Assembly (NCBI GenBank): GCA_964612825.1
Contig: CAZTCW010000001.1
Location: 15,450-79,449, forward strand
Length of the DNA stretch: 64,000 bases
Direction: 5' to 3'
From: an uncultured Dehalococcoidia bacterium
GTDB lineage: Bacteria > Chloroflexota > Dehalococcoidia > Lucifugimonadales > UBA1127
Under the pieces are notes generated by a model that was not told the origin of the DNA, made no database searches, and worked only from the letters and a program-made list of their open reading frames with translations. Of the stretch, positions 1 through 9,040 are shown in pieces (position 1 is the stretch's first letter; each line of letters opens with the position of its first letter). A program made the position numbers and the translations under genes.

Positions 1-9
1 TTTTGCCAT
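1..9 (-). CDS. rplK: Probable first three codons (MAK) of 50S ribosomal protein L11, truncated by the window edge
   Basis: ATG GCA AAA on the minus strand just downstream of nusG. The call relies on conserved nusG-rplK synteny. Confidence 0.5.
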
Positions 10-65
10 TTCTTATTTCAAATCCTTGAATGTTTTGTAGTGGGTGAACGTCCTTTTAGTTGATT

Positions 66-668
66 CTACCCTATTCTTTCGACTTGCAAAAAATCAAGTT
101 CCACGGGAGTTTCCCTGCCGAAAAATGAGACGAGTACTAAAAGTTTCCCTCGCTCGTTTTGTACTTCATCGACTACCCCAATAAATTCCCTAAATGGACC
201 ATCAGTGATTTTGACGTTTTGACCTTTGGATACTCCAATCTTGGCCCGTGGCTCCGATACTTGCATTCGATTAAGGATATTATTAACTTCGGTTTCTGTT
301 AAGGGTAATGGCTTTGCTCTTCGTTCTTGTTCATCATCCGCGGAGATAAATCCTGTGACCCCAGGAGTATTCCGAACTACGTACCAGCTTTCGTCATCCA
401 TTTCCATCCGAACTAAAACGTAGCCGGGGAATAGTCGTTCTAGCTTTGGAGTTCTTCGCCCATCTTTGATTTCAATAACCTCTTCGGTTGGGATTACTAC
501 CTCAAAGACTTTATCTTCGACCTCCATTGTCCCGATACGTTGTTCTAGATTTCTTTTTACCCTGTCCTCCATTCCTGAATAGCAATGTGCTATGTACCAA
601 TTCCCCAAGGGAACTGGTTGGGAATCAGACAATTCTTCCATTGTAGATGATTCTATCTCATATTCCAT
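66..668 (-). CDS. nusG: Transcription termination/antitermination factor NusG
   Basis: WY..H.YSG.E, FPGYVLVRM, VRNTPGVTGF, KOW motif, FFGRETPVELDF. Confidence 0.98.
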   Translation of the reverse strand: MEYEIESSTMEELSDSQPVPLGNWYIAHCYSGMEDRVKRNLEQRIGTMEVEDKVFEVVIPTEEVIEIKDGRRTPKLERLFPGYVLVRMEMDDESWYVVRNTPGVTGFISADDEQERRAKPLPLTETEVNNILNRMQVSEPRAKIGVSKGQNVKITDGPFREFIGVVDEVQNERGKLLVLVSFFGRETPVELDFLQVERIG

Positions 669-676
669 GAAAACCC

Positions 677-922
677 TCAGTAACCAAGTGTCTCTCGGCC
701 AAAAATGTTGAGTACTAGGTCAATCCCTCCAAGAAACATCCCGATAATAGTAGTTATTATAAGGACGATTCCTGTAAGCCGGATAGCTTCACTCCGGCTA
801 GGCCATTCAGATTTTTTGAGTTCTCCCCAAACCTCTGCAAAAAACCGTAATCGGAACCCACCCCTCTTCCCGATAAGGCTGGGTTGTCTAGCAGGTCTTG
901 GATTAGAACCTGATCGGGCCAT
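677..922 (-). CDS. secE: Preprotein translocase subunit SecE
   Basis: FFAEVWGELKKSEWPSR followed by one TM helix; lies between rpmG and nusG. Confidence 0.95.
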   Translation of the reverse strand: MARSGSNPRPARQPSLIGKRGGFRLRFFAEVWGELKKSEWPSRSEAIRLTGIVLIITTIIGMFLGGIDLVLNIFGRETLGY

Positions 923-929
923 CTTAGTG

Positions 930-1094
930 TTACCTAACTTCCCTGTGAAGGCTACGGGTTCGACATCGCGGACAGTATTTCGTCTGTTCTAGCCTTTGAG
1001 GGTCATTCATTCTGTTTTTTTCGCTATGGTAGTTTCGATCCGAGCAACTTCCACATTGTAGTGTTATAAGTAACCGATTACCTTTTTTTGCCAT
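930..1094 (-). CDS. rpmG: 50S ribosomal protein L33 (54 aa, zinc-binding C+ form); not in the ORF track
   Basis: Manual translation MAKKGNRLLITLQCGSCSDRNYHSEKNRMNDPQRLEQTKYCPRCRTRSLHREVR; lies between tuf and secE. Confidence 0.95.
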   Translation of the reverse strand: MAKKGNRLLITLQCGSCSDRNYHSEKNRMNDPQRLEQTKYCPRCRTRSLHREVR

Positions 1095-1110
1095 TTCAAT
1101 TCACCCTATT

Positions 1111-2301
1111 TTAGCTGACTATTTTGGTAGTTACGCCTGCTCCGACTGTTCTCCCGCCTTCCCTTATGGCGAATCGGAGTCCTTCTTCCAAGGCTACAGG
1201 AGAGGTTAATTTTACCTGCATCTTAATGTTGTCCCCAGGCATAACCATTTCCACTCCATCGGGTAGCTCGATTTCCCCTGTTACATCTGTGGTCCGGATA
1301 TAGAATTGTGGCTTATAACCCTTGAAGTAAGGCGTGTGTCTGCCCCCTTCTTCCTTTGAAAGAACATAAACCTCAGTCTCCGCAACCGTATGGGCCTGCA
1401 TCGAACCTGGTTTACAAAGAACCTGACCCCGGACAATCTCGTCTCGATCGATTCCTCTGAGAAGACAGCCTACAGCATCTCCTGCTTCCGCCTCATCCAT
1501 CAGTTTATGGAACATTTCAACCCCTGTTACGGTTACTTTTCTAGTTTCATCTATTCCTACAATTTCTACTTCATCCCCGGGTTTAATTGTTCCACGTTCT
1601 ACTCGGCCAGTTACAACTGTTCCTCGTCCTTTAATTGCGAAGACATCTTCCACAGGCATGAGGAAATCTTGTTCTCTCGGTCTGTCAGGTATCGGAATGT
1701 TATCATCGACGGCTTGCATTAATTCGATGATTCCCTGTTGAGCTTCTTCGTCACCTTCGAGGGCTTTTAATGCCGAAACTCGGACGATGGGAATATCATC
1801 ACCAGGGAAATCATATCTACTCAGAAGTTCTCGCACCTCGAGTTCTACCAATTCTAATAATTCAGGGTCATCCATTTGGTCAACTTTGTTCAAGGCTACC
1901 ACGATGGATGGAACATTCACTTGTCGAGCAAGCAGGATATGCTCGCGAGTTTGAGGCATGGGCCCAGCTGGAGCACTCACAACTAATATGGTTCCATCCA
2001 TTTGGGCTGCACCGGTGATCATATTTTTTATGTAGTCGGCATGACCGGGACAATCAACATGGGCATAATGTCGCCCTTCAGTTTCATATTCGACGGGAGT
2101 GATAGATATAGTGACTCCCCGGGCTTTTTCCTCTGGTGCTTTATCAATCTGATCGAATGCTACGAACTGCGTTGAGTTTCCGGATTGTTTACTTAAACTA
2201 AGGCTAATCGCAGCCGTTAATGTCGTTTTCCCATGATCTACGTGTCAAATAGTGCCAACATTAAGATGCGGTTTATCCCTTACAAATTTTTGCTTTGCCA
2301 T
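1111..2301 (-). pseudogene. tuf: Elongation factor Tu, full length but interrupted by an in-frame TGA at codon 19 (pseudogene or sequence error)
   Basis: True start ATG at 2301 gives [26 protein letters not shown], with TGA at 2245-2247. The rest is clearly EF-Tu ([32 protein letters not shown]). Identity is certain; pseudogene status is not. Confidence 0.75.
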
Positions 2302-2339
2302 AATTTTCTCCCTTTTTGGTTAAAATTTCTATTTCAGCC

Positions 2340-2414
2340 TGGAGCCCACAGCCGGAATTGAACCGGCGACCCCGTTCTTACCAAGAACGTGCTCTGCCGC
2401 TGAGCTATGTGGGC
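2340..2414 (-). tRNA. tRNA-Thr(GGT)
   Basis: GCCCACATAGCTCAGCGGCAGAGC...TTGGTAA...GGTTCAATTCC...GTGGGCTCCA cloverleaf with encoded CCA. Confidence 0.96.
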
Positions 2415-2457
2415 CTAGATTTGGTTTTCCCGTAACTATTTTATCCATTTCTAGGAA

Positions 2458-2541
2458 TGGAGGGGGTAGGATTCGAACCTACGTAGCCCGACGGGCGCCA
2501 GATTTACAGTCTGGTGCGTTTGGCCGCTCCGCCACCCCTCC
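2458..2541 (-). tRNA. tRNA-Tyr(GTA)
   Basis: GGAGGGGTGGCGGAGCGGCCAAACGC...CTGTAAA, long variable arm, GGTTCGAATCC. Confidence 0.96.
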
Positions 2542-2658
2542 GGGCAACGAATAGTGTAGCATAGCCTTATTCCTTCGCCAATCCCCATTGGCTATCCTTC
2601 GGTTGCGGTGCAAAGATAATGGCATTTGAAAGGATGTCGTTTGAAAGTTTGCTTGGAA

Positions 2659-2731
2659 AGCCCGAGGGGGGATTCGAACCCACCAGCCTGCCGATTACAA
2701 ATCGGCTGCGCTGCCTTTGCGCCACTCGGGC
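2659..2731 (-). tRNA. tRNA-Thr(TGT)
   Basis: GCCCGAGTGGCGCAAAGGCAGCGC...TTTGTAA...GGTTCGAATCC...CTCGGGCT. Confidence 0.95.
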
Positions 2732-2937
2732 TTGCATATGGATTAGGCCTACAACTCGTCTCGATTCGAAAGAGTTAGCAGTGTATCTATGAAATCGATA
2801 CCTAGTCAAGAAACAGTAATTCTGTTAGCGTAGAAATGCTTAGTTTTGGAAATTGGTATAATGTGGGCCCGAAGCTCCTCAACGGGCTTTTGGTAAATGA
2901 AAAACACTCTCTTTAATATTAGAAAAAAGGACGAAAA

Positions 2938-4227
2938 TTGGCTTCAACACAGCCTTTAGAAAATCCCGAAGAAACACCTTCTTCAACCGTAAAGCCCTGG
3001 GCTTCTTTCGCATTTGGAGATTATCGTCTTTTGTGGGCAAGTAACATTTTTGCCCAAATTGGCCAGCATATGCGTCAGTTGGTTAATTACTACTTGGTTT
3101 ACGATATTACTGGGTCAACCGTACAACTTGGTCTAACTGGTTTATTCCAACTAGTGCCTATGCTTCTTCTTGGATTATTTGGGGGTACCCTTGCTGACTT
3201 AATGAATCGAAAAAAATTAATTTTGGTTACCATGGGGGCAGGATTTATTATCCCCTTGGTTCTCTGGTCCTTGGCATTAAATGAAAGAATAGAGGTCTGG
3301 CATATCTTTGCGGCGGTTACCGTTACCTCATTTGTAAACGTGTTTGGTGGTCCTGCTAGGTCTTCAATGCTTGCCCGTACTGTTCCAAAAAATCTCCTTA
3401 TGAATGCCTTTACTATCAACACGGGATCCATGCAGTCCACTATGCTTTTGGGACCGTTTATAGCGGGGGTGGTAATTTCTGCATTCGGAGTAGCCAATGG
3501 ATATTTAATGAGCTCCTTTTTATTTCTTCCTGCTATGGTGGGAGTTTCTCTTCTTAAGACATCTGGTGCACCGGACCCTGAAGCTTCCCAGAATAATCTG
3601 CCCGGCGTGGTCCCCTTTATCTCGGGTGTTCTAAAATCGGCTTGGGAAGGAGCGAAATTCGTTTGGTCACAACGACTTCTAATGTCGATATTTGCTTTGG
3701 ACATTGGGGTGACGGTAGTGAGCTATTTCCGACCGCTTCTTGCAGCGTTTGCCAAAGACGTATATAAAGTTGGCCCTACTCATTTGGGGATTATTACTGC
3801 CTCAGTCCCGTTGGGTTCGATACTTGGGGCGACCTTCTTGTTGTTGGCGAGCGGAATAAGGCGTAAGGGACTGATGATATTCGGTGCTACGTTTATGTAC
3901 TCTGTTTGCTTAGGGTTATTTGGACTGACAGCAACATTCTGGGTGGCAGCTATTAGTGTAGGAGCCTTGGGATTCTTTGATGCCATTTCTATGACGATCA
4001 AACATGCCACTGTCCAAATAGTTACTCCCGATCAATTGAGAGGCAGAGCATCGAGTGCTCTTTCGATGGCCGCTATGACCGCGAACGCTACGGGTACCTT
4101 GGAAGTAGGGCTTGTAGCCGCAATCGTTGGCCCTCAAAACGCTATGCTGATCGGGTGTGGTATCTGCCTTGTGGTCGTTTTTATCGGCTGGTTCACTTTG
4201 AAAACCTTGAAGAATTATCGAATTTAG
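2938..4227 (+). CDS. Major facilitator superfamily transporter (MFS_3/EntS-like)
   Basis: About 12 hydrophobic segments; GGTLADLMNRKK motif A; Q..TPDQLRGR. Confidence 0.9.
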   Translation: MASTQPLENPEETPSSTVKPWASFAFGDYRLLWASNIFAQIGQHMRQLVNYYLVYDITGSTVQLGLTGLFQLVPMLLLGLFGGTLADLMNRKKLILVTMGAGFIIPLVLWSLALNERIEVWHIFAAVTVTSFVNVFGGPARSSMLARTVPKNLLMNAFTINTGSMQSTMLLGPFIAGVVISAFGVANGYLMSSFLFLPAMVGVSLLKTSGAPDPEASQNNLPGVVPFISGVLKSAWEGAKFVWSQRLLMSIFALDIGVTVVSYFRPLLAAFAKDVYKVGPTHLGIITASVPLGSILGATFLLLASGIRRKGLMIFGATFMYSVCLGLFGLTATFWVAAISVGALGFFDAISMTIKHATVQIVTPDQLRGRASSALSMAAMTANATGTLEVGLVAAIVGPQNAMLIGCGICLVVVFIGWFTLKTLKNYRI

Positions 4228-4269
4228 TTAGAGGCTTAAAATTCAGTTCTATAAAATGAATTACTGCTT

Positions 4270-5388
4270 TCATTCGTCTTGAACCATACATTCCACGTCC
4301 AATTCATCGCAAATGGTTTTAAACCAAGTTACCACTTCTACATGTAATGGGATTCCTTGAGAAAGACGTTTTGCTTCTTCTTCAAATTCTGGTTGGCCAG
4401 GTACCATCACTCGTGGTTGCCCTTCGGCTGGCTTGGAGGATTTTAGAGATACCAAGAATTCATCCATGGTTTCCTTAAATTCATTTAAAGGAGTAAATGC
4501 TTCAATGTCATATGCAGCGACCATATGTTTATAATGATCCCTGCTTCCCATTAGTGAGAATCCTCCTCCAGACAAAATCGCGCATAGAATTTCCACCATG
4601 CATCCGAGCCCATAACCTTTCTGAGACCCCATATCTCTCGTGCTTCCCAATGGAAGAAGTACGGGTGGATATCCTGTGCCGCTTGGGCCTACTCCAATCT
4701 CTGGGGCAGGAGTTCTATCCATTATCGGATTACCGTTAGCTTCAGCAATCCATCCGCCGGATAAATCTATGCCAAGTCTTCTGGCTAATTGAATTTTGTT
4801 CGCGGCTATGGAACTGGTTGCCATGTCTAAAACGAAGGGTTGTTGGTTTCCCGCTGGAATCGCAATAGAAATTGGGTTCGTTCCAAGCCTAGCTTCCTGT
4901 CCGAATGTGGGGAGAACTAGAGGGGTCGCAGTGGCTGACATACATAAACCAATGAGGTCAAATTTTAAGGCTCTCATAGCGTGGTATGCTGCCATTCCTA
5001 AGTGTCTCGAGTTCCGCATAGTGATCATCCCGACACCGGTTGTTTTCGCCTTTTGGATCGCTAAATCCATTGCTTTAGGTGTTAGGATTATCCCAAGTCC
5101 CCCGTCGCAATCAATGGTCGCCGTGGAAGGTGATTCTCGAATTATTTCCCAATTTGGTGTTGGATTGATTCGACCTTCTTGATATCCCTTCACATAAGAC
5201 CTTAGTTGGTTTGAGACTCCATGACTATCCACTCCCCGAAGGTCAGCGGATACTAATACATCCGCACCCAACTCAGAATCCTCCGAATTTACCCCTAATT
5301 TATGGAAAATACTTGAAACAGTCGCCTTTAACAATTCAGGCTCAACATGTACGGTATCTTCGTTTTTTATTCTAAATTTCTCTAGCAT
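4270..5388 (-). CDS. Ldh_2-family oxidoreductase (malate/L-lactate/sulfolactate/ureidoglycolate dehydrogenase-like)
   Basis: ADLRGVDSHG, RNSRHLG, GTNPISIA, LDMATS, KGYGL, V.VPG. Confidence 0.9.
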   Translation of the reverse strand: MLEKFRIKNEDTVHVEPELLKATVSSIFHKLGVNSEDSELGADVLVSADLRGVDSHGVSNQLRSYVKGYQEGRINPTPNWEIIRESPSTATIDCDGGLGIILTPKAMDLAIQKAKTTGVGMITMRNSRHLGMAAYHAMRALKFDLIGLCMSATATPLVLPTFGQEARLGTNPISIAIPAGNQQPFVLDMATSSIAANKIQLARRLGIDLSGGWIAEANGNPIMDRTPAPEIGVGPSGTGYPPVLLPLGSTRDMGSQKGYGLGCMVEILCAILSGGGFSLMGSRDHYKHMVAAYDIEAFTPLNEFKETMDEFLVSLKSSKPAEGQPRVMVPGQPEFEEEAKRLSQGIPLHVEVVTWFKTICDELDVECMVQDE

Positions 5389-5469
5389 GATCCTCCAAGG
5401 TTTGTGAATTCTAATTCAATAGATTAAGGAACAATGGTTCTCCTAATTCGAGACAATTCGCTGAAAAAG

Positions 5470-6111
5470 CTAATCTTTCAGCCAAAGTACATTGCCGCAA
5501 AGAGTTTCTGAGTGCCCGTGACTTTCAAATACGGAGAATTCCTTTTTAGCTTCCCCGATCGTAGTGTTATCTCCGTGGCCAGGATAAACAATAGTGTTCT
5601 CCCCTAGGGTGAGCAATTTATTTTTGATGCCTAAAATTAGTTGTTGTAAATTGATGGGTGAGGATGTTCTCCCAGGGCCACCCGGGAAAAGGGTATCGCC
5701 AGAGAATAGATGATCTCCTACTAGGATACAAATGCCCCCGGGTGTGTGACCAGGAGTATGTAAGACTTCTAAGGAAAGTTTTCCTAATTCAAGAGTCTCC
5801 CCGTCATGTAAAAACCTTGGTGCGGTGATAGGTAATTGGCTGGAATCAGCTTCATGTATGGCTGTGGCATTCTGGATGTTCAAGGGGAGGTCGTTAAATC
5901 CTTCGATGTGATCGAAATGCCCATGGGTTATGGCTAAAAGGTTAACTTGAGGTAATTCATTAGATTGGAGGACTCTGAGTATGTTTTTTGGGGCGTCGAT
6001 TACCATAGCCTCTCCAGTTTTTTTGCAGGTAACAATATACAAGTTGTTGTTGTAATTGCTTGCTAAATATTTGTTAATTTTGATTTTATTATCTTCGTAA
6101 TCGACTGTCAT
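5470..6111 (-). CDS. Metallo-beta-lactamase-fold hydrolase (glyoxalase II-like)
   Basis: THGHFDH, HTPGHTPG, SGDTLF, YPGHG. Confidence 0.92.
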   Translation of the reverse strand: MTVDYEDNKIKINKYLASNYNNNLYIVTCKKTGEAMVIDAPKNILRVLQSNELPQVNLLAITHGHFDHIEGFNDLPLNIQNATAIHEADSSQLPITAPRFLHDGETLELGKLSLEVLHTPGHTPGGICILVGDHLFSGDTLFPGGPGRTSSPINLQQLILGIKNKLLTLGENTIVYPGHGDNTTIGEAKKEFSVFESHGHSETLCGNVLWLKD

Positions 6112-6499
6112 CGATCCCTCCCTTAGTTGTTTGTTATCATCAAAAATAACTAGGACTTTAAATCAAGTGAATACAATTAGTAAACGACTATGAATCAGGT
6201 GTAATCTGAATCTTTCCCATACTAACACCAGATCCTATCGATTCAATCGGGCAATTTATTAATTGACCGGATCTTCCAGGAATTTTTGCTTTGTATAACA
6301 ATTAAGCCAGAATTTAACATCAATTGGTGGCCAAAATCCAAGGAAATATTTAGGATTGCCTTTTAGGATGCGACGGTGAATTTGCCTGCTTAGGAGAAAG
6401 CGTTTTCCTTTGCAGGTGATTTTGTTGAAATGCATCGTGGCCAGTTTCGGTTTTTCTTACAATTTTGTGATATTCTCGGTTTATTATCAGGAGGTTAAT

Positions 6500-7195
6500 G
6501 TGCCAAGAATTGGAGTTGTTGCGTCTTTCGGAGACCAGGCTAAACCTTACCTCTCTGCTTTGGAACCGTGGGGGGCAGAGTCGGTTTTATTATTGCCGGA
6601 TCCATCTTCAGACGTTGAATCTTTATTGCGTGATATCGATGGCCTATTAATAACTGGAGGCGAAGATATTGATCCAGACTACTATGGACAACCGAAAGAT
6701 GGTCAGGCCGAATTAAAATTAAACGAAGCGAGGGATCGATTTGAATTTCCATTGTTACGGGAAGCCTTAAAACGGGATTTGCCCATTCTGGGAATTTGTA
6801 GAGGATTGCAATCTCTGAATGTGGTTACCGGAGGCACCCTAATACAAGACATTGAAGGGCATCGTGTTGTTGCCGACGCCGAATCTGCTGGGCCAGAATA
6901 CCACAGGATTTGGATTTCCCCCGGTAGTAAATTAGCTTCTGTACTAGGTTCCGGCGGACAAGTGAGAGTTAACAGCATCCACCATCAGGGAATTAGGGAA
7001 GCTCAAAAGTCTAAACTTCTCATAGCTTCGGCCTATTCGCTTAAAGATTCGATTATTGAAGCTGTAGAGAGTCCATATCACCGATGGGTTGTTGGGGTCC
7101 AATGGCACCCAGAAAATCAAAGTGAAGTCCCTAAACAATTCCAAAGGTTATTTTACGCTTTGGTACTCGAATCTTCAGAATTACGAGTAAAATGA
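6500..7195 (+). CDS. Peptidase C26 / gamma-glutamyl-GABA hydrolase (PuuD-like) glutamine amidotransferase
   Basis: TGGEDIDP, GICRGLQ, VNSIHHQ, GVQWHPE. Start moved to GTG at 6500 behind a GGAGG RBS. Confidence 0.9.
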   Translation: MPRIGVVASFGDQAKPYLSALEPWGAESVLLLPDPSSDVESLLRDIDGLLITGGEDIDPDYYGQPKDGQAELKLNEARDRFEFPLLREALKRDLPILGICRGLQSLNVVTGGTLIQDIEGHRVVADAESAGPEYHRIWISPGSKLASVLGSGGQVRVNSIHHQGIREAQKSKLLIASAYSLKDSIIEAVESPYHRWVVGVQWHPENQSEVPKQFQRLFYALVLESSELRVK

Positions 7196-7297
7196 ACCCA
7201 TTTTTGCGTAATGGAATCTTCCTTTCTAAGATTCCATTTGCCCTTGTTTTTACGAGTGGAAATACATCAACTACTGTTCTAGGTTTGGTTTGAATTA

Positions 7298-8023
7298 ATG
7301 ATGACGAAAAACCCCCATACAAAAATCCGAGCGGTTATGTTTGATTTATTCGAAACTTTGGCTCGCTTCTGGCCTCCGAGGGAGGACATCCAAAAAGAAG
7401 CATCTCAACCCTTCGGATTTCAACTTACGTCCGCAGGAATAATTGATGGATATAGAGAAGCTGATGCTTTTATGGCTTTCGAAAATGCAAATGGTTTACC
7501 GATCCGCCTTAGGGATGCTGATGAGACTCGAAAATTTTTCATAAAATATGAACAGTTAGTCCTTAAGGGGGACGGCTTCGATGTGGATTCTAATATTGCT
7601 GGGCAAATTTGGGATAATGTTAGAAATACTCCTCACGACCTTTTACTTTTTGATGATTCCTTACCAGCCCTAGTGGAACTTCATTCATTCGGAATAATTC
7701 TCGGAATCATTTCCAATTACAATATGAATGGCCAAGACCTGTTAAAACAGCTTGGTATTGATAAAATCCTTCAATTCGCTATTACTTCACATGATACTGG
7801 ATTCCTTAAGCCTCATTCTCCTATTTTTGAGGTGGCATTAGAACAAGCGGGTGTGGCCGCGGAAGAAGCTATCTATGTGGGCGATCAGTATTATTCTGAT
7901 ATCCTTGGAGCTCGGAACGTAAACATCAATCCCCTCTTAATTAACAGATATTCGGATGATGAACAGCTTCATGGGGTTGATGTCATCACATCCTTGTATG
8001 ACGTTAAAGGGTTCTTGGGATAA
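7298..8023 (+). CDS. HAD-superfamily hydrolase
   Basis: FDLFETL motif I, ISN, KP, YVGDQYYSDILGA. Confidence 0.88.
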   Translation: MMTKNPHTKIRAVMFDLFETLARFWPPREDIQKEASQPFGFQLTSAGIIDGYREADAFMAFENANGLPIRLRDADETRKFFIKYEQLVLKGDGFDVDSNIAGQIWDNVRNTPHDLLLFDDSLPALVELHSFGIILGIISNYNMNGQDLLKQLGIDKILQFAITSHDTGFLKPHSPIFEVALEQAGVAAEEAIYVGDQYYSDILGARNVNINPLLINRYSDDEQLHGVDVITSLYDVKGFLG

Positions 8024-8127
8024 ACCCCCAAATTCGTTTCCCCCGGCGAGTCGCTTTGTTATAGTGTATAGTGGTAAGGACATCGGTTTCAGGATTTTAA
8101 CTCGGATAAATTTGGAGGTTCGTTCAG

Positions 8128-8943
8128 TTGACTTCACGTAGCGAATTAACTCTCGCCCAAGCCATAGCCCTGTTTTTACAGCAAACCGGTTCCAAGCATT
8201 TGAGAATGCAGCAGGAATTGAATAAACTTACTAGGTGGTTTCAAGGGAATAAACTGATAGAATCCATAACCCCGGCTGAAATTGAGGCTTATGCTGAACG
8301 ATTGCCTCCAGGGGCCTCACAGAATGAAGAACATATCAAGCCGTTACGAGCATTTTTTTTATTTGCGAAAAAAGAAGGGTTGATTTCTCAAAATTTTTCT
8401 ACCCATTTACGTCCGCGCCGCTTGGGACTTCAGGCATCCAAATTGACTGCTAGGGTATCTCCGAAACGTGAAGAAACTGTACAATTGACGGAAGAAGGAT
8501 ACAAAGAGATTGAAAACCAACTTGCCTCGCTTCGCGACCAGTTACCCTTGGCTTCCCGTGAAATAGAACGAGCCGCTGCAGATGGTGATGTTCGTGAAAA
8601 CGCACCACTAGAGGCTGCTAAAGTCCACCAAGGCCAATTAATGGACCGTATTCAGATTCTGGAAGAAACAATGGCTAGGGCTGTAATTTTGGATGGGAAG
8701 CTGGTGAATTCGAGTAAACAGGTTTTCGTCCAACAGGGATCAACTGTAACGGTAGAAGAAATGGATTCATCGAAGGAATTCACTTGGGTTTTAGTTGACC
8801 CTAGGGAAGCAAATCTATCCGAAAACAAGTTGTCCATTTCATCCCCTGTTGGACAGGCCATTTTAGGATCCTCAATTGGAGAAAAGGTAGAGGTTTTGGC
8901 TCCGAGTCGGAAGGTGGGGTATCGTATCATTAAAATTGGATGA
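8128..8943 (+). CDS. greA: GreA/GreB transcription elongation factor with an extra ~95-aa N-terminal domain
   Basis: C-terminal LTEEGY...ADGDVRENA...ISSPVGQAILG is GreA. The N-terminal part resembles a recombinase core-binding domain. Confidence 0.85.
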   Translation: MTSRSELTLAQAIALFLQQTGSKHLRMQQELNKLTRWFQGNKLIESITPAEIEAYAERLPPGASQNEEHIKPLRAFFLFAKKEGLISQNFSTHLRPRRLGLQASKLTARVSPKREETVQLTEEGYKEIENQLASLRDQLPLASREIERAAADGDVRENAPLEAAKVHQGQLMDRIQILEETMARAVILDGKLVNSSKQVFVQQGSTVTVEEMDSSKEFTWVLVDPREANLSENKLSISSPVGQAILGSSIGEKVEVLAPSRKVGYRIIKIG

Positions 8944-9040
8944 AGTTTTACTAAAAACTAAAAGGAAATGGGTTTCCCCCTAAAAATTTGGTTCTACTTT
9001 GATATAAATTCCAATGTTCTGACACCCGGATTCGTGGTAA

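Noticed and set aside
2245-2247. Genome-wide TGA=Gly recoding (genetic code 25) as the explanation of the tuf TGA
   Set aside because: TGA ends many intact genes here (e.g. secE, greA, radA, pgk, valS), and no other conserved gene shows an internal TGA.
2567-2809. 80-aa ORF on the minus strand
   Set aside because: It overlaps tRNA-Thr(TGT), so it is spurious.
3099-3704. Long antisense ORF within the MFS gene (representative of many similar ones in the ORF track)
   Set aside because: These are shadow frames opposite well-supported genes, with no independent coding signal.
5429-5440. GAAC-N4-GTTC (Gram-positive/Chloroflexota-type LexA box) upstream of the Ldh_2 gene
   Set aside because: It is a single 8-bp match before a metabolic gene, which is expected by chance in 64 kb.
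6112-6499. 390-bp intergenic region as a possible sRNA locus
   Set aside because: It has only weak imperfect inverted repeats and is adequately explained as a divergent promoter region.
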